A stretch of 13,048 nt of DNA. Source: Bacteriovoracia bacterium (lineage in GTDB: Bacteria; Bdellovibrionota; Bacteriovoracia; Bacteriovoracales; Bacteriovoracaceae). The DNA lies in contig JBKHVI010000067.1 in assembly GCA_046570105.1 (NCBI GenBank), positions 1-13,048 on the forward strand, in the 5' to 3' direction. This document shows positions 6,493 to 13,048 of this stretch, one piece after another (position 1 is the first letter of the stretch; each line of letters starts with the position of its first letter). A program made the translations under genes and the position numbers. The notes under the pieces are model-generated. The model ran no database searches. It worked only from the letters and a program-made list of their open reading frames with translations, and was not told the origin of the DNA.

Positions 6493-7488
6493 GTGAAAAA
6501 TATTGCTCTCTTCGCTCTGCTTATTAGTGCTCAAGTCTTCGCAGCTCCGGTGGCAGTGAAGTTTGCCACCATCGCACCCCAAGGAACACCTTGGGCCGAT
6601 TCTTTGGAGGACATTAAAAAACGTGTCGCAACAGAATCGAAAGACACGATTAAAGTAAAAACTTTCTTAGGTGGTCAGCTGGGGGGAGAGTTAGAGATTT
6701 TGCAAAAAGTTCGTCGCGGTCAAGTGGAAGGCGGGGGACTTACCTGTGGTGCCATGAGTGCCGTTATTCCTGAACTGGATGTTTTAGAAATTCCCTTCTT
6801 GTTTGAATCCAGCGAAGAAGCTGACTACGTACTCGACAATTACCTTTGGACGCCTTTTGAAAAACTCTTTGCTGAAAAAGGTTTTGTTCTTCTCACTTGG
6901 GCGGAAAACGGCTGGCGCTCGATTGGGCACAAATCAAAGTTAATCAAATCTCCCGCAGACCTTAAAGGGAGCAAGATTCGCTCTCAGGAAAGTAAAGTTC
7001 ACTTGGCCTACTGGAAGCGTCTAGGTGCAGCCGCTCAAGCCATTGCTGTGCCTGAGGTTTTACCAGCATTGCAGACAGGGGTAGTAGAAGCGTTTGATAA
7101 TACTCCGCTCTTCACTCTCGCTGCTGAATGGCAGACCGCCATTAAGTTTTACACTGTGACCGATCATATCTACCAAGCGGCCGTGGTGGTTTATTCGAAA
7201 AAGTTTTTTGATAAACTCACTCCTGAGCAAAGAAAGATTTTGACTGGGACTGGTAATGGCCAAGCGCAAATGATCCGTACCAACGTTAGAAAGTTGGGTG
7301 ATAGTCTCATTGAGGTTCTCAAGGAGTCAGGAGTAAAAGTTGCGACTCTGACACCTGCTGAAAAAGAGGTCTTCAAAAAATCTGCCGACGGTTTAGCTGA
7401 GGAAATGGTCAAATCTATTGGTGGGAAGTCTGCCGAGATTTATAAGTTGATCCAAGAAGGCAAAAAAGCCTTCAAAGCTAAAAAATAG
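6493..7488 (+). CDS. dctP: TRAP transporter substrate-binding protein (DctP family, TatP-type)
   Basis: Signal peptide; KFATIAPQGTPW, GGQLGGE, PFLF, ENGWR, PADLKGSKIR, ALQTGVVEAFDN. GTG start after AAGGA. Confidence 0.93.
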   Translation: MKNIALFALLISAQVFAAPVAVKFATIAPQGTPWADSLEDIKKRVATESKDTIKVKTFLGGQLGGELEILQKVRRGQVEGGGLTCGAMSAVIPELDVLEIPFLFESSEEADYVLDNYLWTPFEKLFAEKGFVLLTWAENGWRSIGHKSKLIKSPADLKGSKIRSQESKVHLAYWKRLGAAAQAIAVPEVLPALQTGVVEAFDNTPLFTLAAEWQTAIKFYTVTDHIYQAAVVVYSKKFFDKLTPEQRKILTGTGNGQAQMIRTNVRKLGDSLIEVLKESGVKVATLTPAEKEVFKKSADGLAEEMVKSIGGKSAEIYKLIQEGKKAFKAKK

Positions 7489-7496
7489 GATTCACT

Positions 7497-7982
7497 ATGA
7501 CAGTGTTGCTTCATCGTTTGACTCAGTTGGAAAAGTTTGTTGCAGCACTTTTTATTTTGATACTGACCGCCTTTGTTATCACTGATGTCATGGCCCGTGA
7601 ACTTTTTCAAACCGGCCTTCCATGGGCCCAAAAAGCCTCAGTGCAGTTGATGATCTGGGCAGGCTTTTTAGGTGCTGCTCTGATGGCGCAAAAAGGGGAT
7701 CACTTGCGACCTGAAGCAGGAGACAAGCTTTGGAAAGGGAAGGCGGGACCCAAAGCTTCGCGAGTAAGAAATTTTCTCGTCATGCTTTTCTGTGGCACGC
7801 TTGCTTATCACGCTGTTCTCTACGTTTTAGAAAGTAAAGAGTTTGCAGAGGAGCATGTGGTTTTGCAAATTCCTCTCTGGTGGTTGCAGTTGGTCATCCC
7901 TTGGACATTCTTCTCCATGGCAATTCGCTATGGCTACTTCACTTGGAGGCCGTTAGTTAAAACTGAACGGAGTCTTCACTAA
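7497..7982 (+). CDS. dctQ: TRAP transporter small permease
   Basis: Four hydrophobic segments; DVMARE, LPWA, IWAGFLGA, GDHL and IPLWW motifs; located between dctP and dctM. Confidence 0.9.
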   Translation: MTVLLHRLTQLEKFVAALFILILTAFVITDVMARELFQTGLPWAQKASVQLMIWAGFLGAALMAQKGDHLRPEAGDKLWKGKAGPKASRVRNFLVMLFCGTLAYHAVLYVLESKEFAEEHVVLQIPLWWLQLVIPWTFFSMAIRYGYFTWRPLVKTERSLH

Positions 7983-9241
7983 TGGGTGCTTCAATTTTAT
8001 TTCCCATTGTCATCGCCACAGTCATCCTCGGCTTACCACTCTATGCCATCATGGGAATCATTACCGGCTTCTGTTATATGATGCTCGCCGGTGAGCCCCT
8101 CTCGGTGGTGATCGGTGATATCTACTACGCCGCTGATAAAGAAGTGTTGCTCGCAGTTCCACTTTTTGTATTAGCGGGACAGATTATGACAAAAGGGTCG
8201 ATCTCTCGACGCCTCATCCAAGTCGCAACCGCATTTACTCGCCCGATCCCAGGCGGCCTGGGCCTGGCTGCAGTTTTTTCATGCTCAGTCTTTGCCGCTA
8301 TTAGTGGTTCTAGTCCCGTCACGTTAATTGCCATTGGATCACTCTTGTATCCCGCCCTCACGCAAGCAGGCTACTCCAAGCGCTTCTCGATGGGGCTGCT
8401 TTCAACTGGTGGCACCCTCGGGATTATCATTCCACCCAGTATCCCCATGATCATTTTTGCCATCATGGCCGGCGTTTCTGTGGTTGATCTTTTTAAGGCC
8501 GGTGTCGGTCCGGGTCTTTTACTCATGACTCTTTTAGGTGGCTACGCCATTTTACGTGCTCCTAAGTCTGCCCGCTCTCCGTTTGATCCTAAAGAAGCCA
8601 TCGCTGCTTTAAAATCCGGCATCCTTTCGCTGTTTATGCCGATCATGATCTTAGGTGGAATCTATTCTGGTTTTTTTACCGCCACTGAATCTGCGGCGAT
8701 TGCTGTCCTCTATGCTCTTATCGTTGAGATTTTTATTCACCGTGAATTTAAATTTAAGCAACTCACCACTGTGGCGGTGGAAACTGCTGAAACGCTCGGC
8801 CTGTTGTTTCTCATTTTGATTCTTGCTGTGAGTTTAAATAAATACATGACCATCGAAGAGATCCCCCAGATGTTGGTGGATATGATCTCTCAAAACGTGA
8901 ACTCTAAGCTTGGCTTCATGTTATTAGTCAACGTGGTGTTGTTAGTGGTGGGCTGCTTTATGGATGCCATGAGCGCCATTCTCGTTCTCGCACCTCTTCT
9001 GACTCCCATGGCACAACATTTCGGCGTTGATCCCGTGCATTTCGGCATCATCATGATCGTGAATCTTGAAATTGGTTATCTCACTCCACCGATCGGCATT
9101 AATCTTTTTGTCGCTTCAGGAATGTTCAAAGAATCGATTGGCGAAGTGGTGAAGGCCGTCGTGCCTTATCTCTTTGTGATGCTCTTAGGTTTGGCGCTGA
9201 TCTGTGCATTCCCACAAATCAGTTTGTTTCCACTGAAATAG
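7982..9241 (+). CDS. dctM: TRAP transporter large permease
   Basis: LLAVPLFVLAG, FAAISGSS, GGTLGIIIPPSIPMI, GFFTATESAA, GVDPVHFGII, IGYLTPPIGINLFV. TAATG stop/start overlap with dctQ. Confidence 0.96.
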   Translation: MGASILFPIVIATVILGLPLYAIMGIITGFCYMMLAGEPLSVVIGDIYYAADKEVLLAVPLFVLAGQIMTKGSISRRLIQVATAFTRPIPGGLGLAAVFSCSVFAAISGSSPVTLIAIGSLLYPALTQAGYSKRFSMGLLSTGGTLGIIIPPSIPMIIFAIMAGVSVVDLFKAGVGPGLLLMTLLGGYAILRAPKSARSPFDPKEAIAALKSGILSLFMPIMILGGIYSGFFTATESAAIAVLYALIVEIFIHREFKFKQLTTVAVETAETLGLLFLILILAVSLNKYMTIEEIPQMLVDMISQNVNSKLGFMLLVNVVLLVVGCFMDAMSAILVLAPLLTPMAQHFGVDPVHFGIIMIVNLEIGYLTPPIGINLFVASGMFKESIGEVVKAVVPYLFVMLLGLALICAFPQISLFPLK

Positions 9242-9280
9242 CCAAAAGGTGTTTGCCAAAAAGTGCATGACACCTTTTGG
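9241..9280. repeat. Intergenic palindrome (REP-like element or stem-loop) between convergent operons
   Basis: Perfect 11-bp inverted repeat CCAAAAGGTGT (9242-9252) / ACACCTTTTGG (9270-9280), plus an internal near-direct repeat GCCAAAAGGTG (9241) / GCCAAAAAGTG (9255). Confidence 0.65.
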
Positions 9281-9289
9281 AGGAGAGGG

Positions 9290-9418
9290 TTACTGAAACA
9301 AGTAGATGACGTTGGCGGGAATGCCGACGGCGAAGACTCCGCCCATGATGATGGCCGTGCCCACTAAAAGAATGGCAACGATTTTATAGGGGATTCCGAG
9401 CAAGCATTTTGTTTTCAT
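9290..9418 (-). CDS. Small hydrophobic membrane protein, 42 aa (below the ORF-track cutoff)
   Basis: Manual translation: MKTKCLLGIPYKIVAILLVGTAIIMGGVFAVGIPANVIYLFQ*. ATG lies 9 bp after the rhodanese stop on the same strand, and the ORF fills the gap between operons. No clear SD. Confidence 0.65.
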   Translation of the reverse strand: MKTKCLLGIPYKIVAILLVGTAIIMGGVFAVGIPANVIYLFQ

Positions 9419-9427
9419 GAGATTAGT

Positions 9428-9742
9428 TTAATAGAGGGGGACACTCGGGTCAATCTCTCGCGACCAGGCATCGATTCCGCCCGCCAGACTTAAGGCCTCA
9501 ACACCTTTATTTTTGAGAAACAAGGTCGCATTCATGCTGCGCATACCGTGATGGCAATAAACCACCACGGGTCCTTGGTCATCTGGCAGTTCCCGCCAGC
9601 GACGCTCAAGTTCTGGTAAAGGAATGAGAGTGCCACCAATATCAGCGATATTTTTTTCTTCTTTAAAACGCACATCCAACAAAAGATGCTTTTTGTTTTG
9701 TTTACGCCACAGCTGATAATCTTGAACGCTCATTTCACTCAT
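9428..9742 (-). CDS. Single-domain rhodanese / sulfurtransferase
   Basis: LLLDVR..EE, LIPL, active-site loop VVYCHHGMRS, SLAGGIDAWS..IDPSVPLY. It overlaps the cysE stop by 8 bp; an alternative start is at 9733. Confidence 0.93.
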   Translation of the reverse strand: MSEMSVQDYQLWRKQNKKHLLLDVRFKEEKNIADIGGTLIPLPELERRWRELPDDQGPVVVYCHHGMRSMNATLFLKNKGVEALSLAGGIDAWSREIDPSVPLY

Positions 9743-10526
9743 GGTTAAACACCTTTGAGCCTGGGGCCACTGAGTGCGTCAGCCACACGTTACCGCCGAT
9801 CACAGAACCTGCGCCGACAATCGTTTCACCACCTAAAATAGTGGAGTTGGCATAGATCACCACATCATCTTCAATCGTCGGGTGACGTTTAATATTTTGC
9901 AGACGTTTTTTCACACTTAAGGCACCCAGCGTGACGCCTTGATAGATTTTTACGTTCTTGCCGATCTTTGATGTTTCACCAATCACCACACCGGTACCAT
10001 GATCAATGAAAAAACTCTCGCCGACAGATGCACCCGGATGAATATCTATTCCGGTGCGCTCGTGAGCGTACTCACTCATCAGACGAGGCAAGAGTGGCAC
10101 TCCTAAAAGATGAAGTGCATGGGCCAAGCGATGAACGGCGATGGCATAAAATCCTGGATAAGAAACAATCACTTCCTCAAGTGAGCGAGCAGCGGGGTCA
10201 CCTTGGAAAGCGGCTTCGGCATCCAGATCAATGACTCTGGCGAGCGTCGGGAGTGACTGAAAATACTGCACACAAATTTGTGTGGCGGTAAAAGTGAGAT
10301 CGTTTTTGAGAGGGGCGAGTGCCTTGAGTCCGGCCGTAAGGCGCTTCTCAAGATTTTCTACGACTTCTTGTGCATCTTTTTCACTTTTGAGAACAATTCG
10401 TCCGCGCTGTGGGTATAACAGCGCCACGATCTCGTCGACCATGCAACGAAGCTCAGAGACGTTAAGCGTCAGAGCGGATTTAAGAGTGCGGTCTTGATAA
10501 AGAAATCGTGCGACTTCCGAGGACAT
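9735..10526 (-). CDS. cysE: Serine O-acetyltransferase (CysE/EpsC type)
   Basis: GDPAARSLEEVIVSYPG, HRLAH, TGIDIHPGA, FFIDHGTGVVIGET, IYQGVTLG, KRHPTI and hexapeptide repeats. Confidence 0.95.
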   Translation of the reverse strand: MSSEVARFLYQDRTLKSALTLNVSELRCMVDEIVALLYPQRGRIVLKSEKDAQEVVENLEKRLTAGLKALAPLKNDLTFTATQICVQYFQSLPTLARVIDLDAEAAFQGDPAARSLEEVIVSYPGFYAIAVHRLAHALHLLGVPLLPRLMSEYAHERTGIDIHPGASVGESFFIDHGTGVVIGETSKIGKNVKIYQGVTLGALSVKKRLQNIKRHPTIEDDVVIYANSTILGGETIVGAGSVIGGNVWLTHSVAPGSKVFNHE

Positions 10527-10536
10527 AGTGTGCCTT

Positions 10537-10566
10537 TTGAGGTTATAGTCAGGCCATAAATAGTAT
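10537..10566 (+). promoter_or_regulatory. Putative sigma-70 promoter for the cysteine synthase operon
   Basis: TTGAGG (10537-10542), 18-bp spacer, TAGTAT (10561-10566), within the 98-bp divergent intergenic region. Confidence 0.35.
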
Positions 10567-10624
10567 TACCGCTCTAGGGACTGAAGTGCAATGTGAGTCC
10601 CTGAAATTGTGAAGGAATTGCCCT

Positions 10625-11671
10625 ATGAACACATCTCAAGACTTGGCCCTTAAGCTTAAAAAATCAGGCCTTTTACAGCTGATTGGTAATACTCCTTTGA
10701 TTCGCATTGAGAGCTTGAGCGAGCTTACTGGCCGCGAAATCTTCATGAAGTGTGAAAACTTTAACCCAGGCGGCACCATCAAGGATCGCCCGGCCCTGCA
10801 CATGGTCATCAACGCTATTTTGGAAGGAAAGCTCAAACCCGGTATGACGATTGTCGAAGGCACTGCGGGTAATACGGGTATTGGTTTGGCGATGGTGGGC
10901 CAGTGTTTAGGTTATAAAGTCATCGTGGTTTTACCGGAAGGACAAGACCCGTCGAAATTGAAGCAACTGGCACTTTATGGTGCTCAGATTCATGAAACCG
11001 CTGCCTGTGTTTATCCTGATGAGCGCCACTTTTTCTTGCTCGGTAAGAAGATTGGTACCAGTTCACCTGAATACTGGTGGGCCAATCAGTTTGATAATCC
11101 TCATAACTGGGGATCGCACTATGAAACGACGGCACCAGAAATTTGGAAACAGATGGAAGGAAAGATTGATCACTTGGTGTGTGCCGCAGGTTCAAGTGGC
11201 ACTATTGCTGGTGTTTCAAAATTCTTCAAAGAAAAATCTCCCTCCACTCAAGTGAGCTTAGTTGATGTTCATGGATCTGCTCTTTGCAATCACTTCCGTA
11301 CCAAGGAATGGAAAATCGAAGGAACATACACCATGGCAGAAGGCGTAGGAATTACTCGTCCTACTGCGAACTGGGATGAAGCACGCGTGGATGATGCCAT
11401 GACACTTCCGGATCAAGCGCTCACCACTCTCGCTTACTGGATTCGTGCCAAAGAAGGGCATGTGATGGGCATGTCTTCGATGCTCAATCTTGCTGGCACA
11501 CTTCGAACAGCTTTGCGGGCCCCAAAAGGCTCGCGCTTGGTGACGTTTATGTGTGATGGCGGTGATCGCGCGACTGGGAAAATGTATAATCCTGCTTTCT
11601 TGAAAGAAAAAAACTTAGACGCTACTGTCGTGAGCGATCAAGAGCTGTTGCGATACTTCCAATCACTGTAA
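10625..11671 (+). CDS. cysK: Cysteine synthase (O-acetylserine sulfhydrylase family, PLP-dependent fold type II)
   Basis: IGNTPLI, KCENFNPGGTIKDR (PLP Lys53), EGTAGNTGIG, ANQFDN, HYETTAPEIW, AEGVG, CDGGDR. GAAGGA SD; divergent from cysE. Confidence 0.88.
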   Translation: MNTSQDLALKLKKSGLLQLIGNTPLIRIESLSELTGREIFMKCENFNPGGTIKDRPALHMVINAILEGKLKPGMTIVEGTAGNTGIGLAMVGQCLGYKVIVVLPEGQDPSKLKQLALYGAQIHETAACVYPDERHFFLLGKKIGTSSPEYWWANQFDNPHNWGSHYETTAPEIWKQMEGKIDHLVCAAGSSGTIAGVSKFFKEKSPSTQVSLVDVHGSALCNHFRTKEWKIEGTYTMAEGVGITRPTANWDEARVDDAMTLPDQALTTLAYWIRAKEGHVMGMSSMLNLAGTLRTALRAPKGSRLVTFMCDGGDRATGKMYNPAFLKEKNLDATVVSDQELLRYFQSL

Positions 11672-11681
11672 ACTCTAGGGC

Positions 11682-12110
11682 ATGAGAATAATTCTTTCAT
11701 GCCCTGTCTCACAAAACTTCACCTCAGTCTTTGATCAATTTGATCGAGAATTATTCGTAGCACTTGCTCCGCCGCTCTTACCTATGGAGCTCAAACGCTT
11801 TGATGGCTGCAATACCGGTGACGAGGTGCACATTCAAACGCCTGGTGGACTGTGGATTAGTCTTATTACCGAAACTTCACGCGGTGAAACAGAACATTTT
11901 TTTGTCGATGAAGGAAGAAAGCTGCCACCGCCTCTGGTGTACTGGCGTCATAAACACATCGTGCGACAAGCCTCACAAGGATGCGTTATCATCGATGACA
12001 TTGAATTTCGCGCGCGCTGGAGTGTGCTTGATCCAATGATGAAACCGTTTTTGTGGATGTTATTTAAACTTCGCCATCCGGTTTATCGACGCTATTTCCG
12101 GGAGTCGTAA
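11682..12110 (+). CDS. SRPBCC/START-like ligand-binding domain protein
   Basis: LAPP, GDEVHI, W.S.IT, FVDEG..LP.PL.YWRHKH and IIDDIEF, a pattern typical of small bacterial SRPBCC proteins. Confidence 0.75.
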   Translation: MRIILSCPVSQNFTSVFDQFDRELFVALAPPLLPMELKRFDGCNTGDEVHIQTPGGLWISLITETSRGETEHFFVDEGRKLPPPLVYWRHKHIVRQASQGCVIIDDIEFRARWSVLDPMMKPFLWMLFKLRHPVYRRYFRES

Positions 12111-12697
12111 TGAAAGTTTTTTTCCTAAGTTTTTTTCTGATGAGTGCCGCTTGGTCTCAGACGATTGTGTTTATTGGTGATTCACTCACAGAAGGCTATG
12201 GTCTTGATACCGAAGAAGCTTATCCGGCGCAACTAGAAGCACTTTATAAGGCCCAAGGCAAAAGTGTGAAAGTAATTAATGGTGGCGTCAGTGGATCGAC
12301 CACGGCGAGTGCGACTCAAAGAGTGAAATGGTATCTGCGAACTAAGCCCGACATTATCGTACTTGCACTGGGTGCTAACGATGGATTACGTGGCACTCCT
12401 GTGAGTGAGAGTCGCAAAAACTTAGCGCTCGCTATTCAAGCGGTCAAAGCGGCCAATGTGAAAGTACTGCTCGCGGAAATGAAATTGCCAAAAAACTATG
12501 GTGAAAAGTATCGCCAAGAATTTGAGAAAATGTACACACAGCTATCTACTTCAGAAAAAGTTCCACTCTTAACGTTTATTCTCAATGGTGTGGGTGGTGT
12601 CGCTAGTCTTAATCAACCTGATGGCATTCATCCGACCGCCGCTGGACAGAAAAAAATTGCCGAAAATCTCGTTAAGGCCTTGGAGAAACATTTATGA
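12110..12697 (+). CDS. tesA: Periplasmic GDSL/SGNH arylesterase / acyl-CoA thioesterase I (TesA-like)
   Basis: Signal peptide; blocks GDSLTEGYG, NGGVSG, LGANDGLRG and QPDGIHP. TAATG overlap with the upstream gene. Confidence 0.9.
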   Translation: MKVFFLSFFLMSAAWSQTIVFIGDSLTEGYGLDTEEAYPAQLEALYKAQGKSVKVINGGVSGSTTASATQRVKWYLRTKPDIIVLALGANDGLRGTPVSESRKNLALAIQAVKAANVKVLLAEMKLPKNYGEKYRQEFEKMYTQLSTSEKVPLLTFILNGVGGVASLNQPDGIHPTAAGQKKIAENLVKALEKHL

Positions 12698-13048
12698 GTT
12701 TAGAAGCCAGAGAGTTATCTAAGGCCCATCATCAAGCCGGCAATCGTATTCCTGTTCTCACCAGCTTAAATCTTAAAGTTGAAAACGGTGAGACCGTGGC
12801 GATTGTCGGTAAATCAGGAACAGGCAAAAGTACCCTTTTGTCACTCTTAGGAGGCCTTGATCAACCTGATACAGGTGAGATTTGGCTGGCGGGTGAAAAA
12901 CTCACCGGACTTTCAGAGACTCAACTGGCGCGCATGCGTGCTCGTCGCATGGGAATTATTTTTCAACAGTTTCAATTGGTGCAGACTCTCACCGCACTTG
13001 AAAACGTGATGCTCCCGGCAGAAATCTTGGGCGATAAAGATGTGCGAA
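12694..13048 (+). CDS. ABC transporter ATP-binding protein, YbbA/LolD-like (3' truncated by the window edge; absent from the ORF track)
   Basis: ATGA overlap with the tesA stop. Manual translation MSLEARELSKAHHQAGNRIPVLTSLNLKVENGETVAIVGKSGTGKSTLLSLLGGLDQPDTG...MGIIFQQFQLVQTLTALENVMLP contains Walker A (GKSGTGKST) and the Q-loop. Confidence 0.93.
   Translation, partial: MSLEARELSKAHHQAGNRIPVLTSLNLKVENGETVAIVGKSGTGKSTLLSLLGGLDQPDTGEIWLAGEKLTGLSETQLARMRARRMGIIFQQFQLVQTLTALENVMLPAEILGDKDVR

Noticed and set aside
9241..9280. CRISPR repeat or classical intrinsic terminator
   Set aside because: There are only two short adjacent copies with no spacers or cas genes, and the stem has a long loop and no following U-tract.
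795..12039. Remaining short track ORFs (795-1007, 808-1023, 2797-2979, 4475-4666, 4670-4963, 4909-5130, 6228-6458, 7060-7269, 7191-7412, 7440-7631, 8125-8361, 10028-10234, 10169-10351, 10282-10497, 10636-10863, 10920-11195, 10977-11255, 11258-11461, 11764-12039)
   Set aside because: All lie wholly or mostly within well-supported genes, in other frames or antisense, and show no recognisable motifs.

Overview
Gene-dense bacterial chromosomal window with no mobile element, CRISPR array, rRNA or tRNA visible. Gene content suggests a Bdellovibrionota/Bacteriovoracaceae-like diderm, but this is inference only. From left to right: the 3' end of a probable outer-membrane protein; a minus-strand pair encoding a kappa-GST/HCCA-isomerase (DsbA fold) and an unusually long, motif-altered adenosine/AMP-deaminase-family enzyme; a divergent uncharacterised lipoprotein behind a good sigma-54-like promoter; a bidirectional terminator; rpsU (bS21); an EEP nuclease/phosphatase; a small outer-membrane beta-barrel followed by a complete TPAT-type TRAP transporter (TatT lipoprotein, DctP, DctQ, DctM); a REP-like palindrome; a cysteine/sulfur divergon (cysE, rhodanese and a 42-aa membrane protein missed by the ORF track, opposite a cysteine synthase); an SRPBCC protein; a TesA-like GDSL esterase; and the 5' part of a YbbA-like ABC ATPase (also missed by the track). 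The best candidates for undescribed biology are the stand-alone divergent deaminase, the beta-barrel plus TPAT uptake module, the small protein in the sulfur operon, and the sigma-54-driven lipoprotein. All functional calls come from motif recognition by eye; no database search was run.
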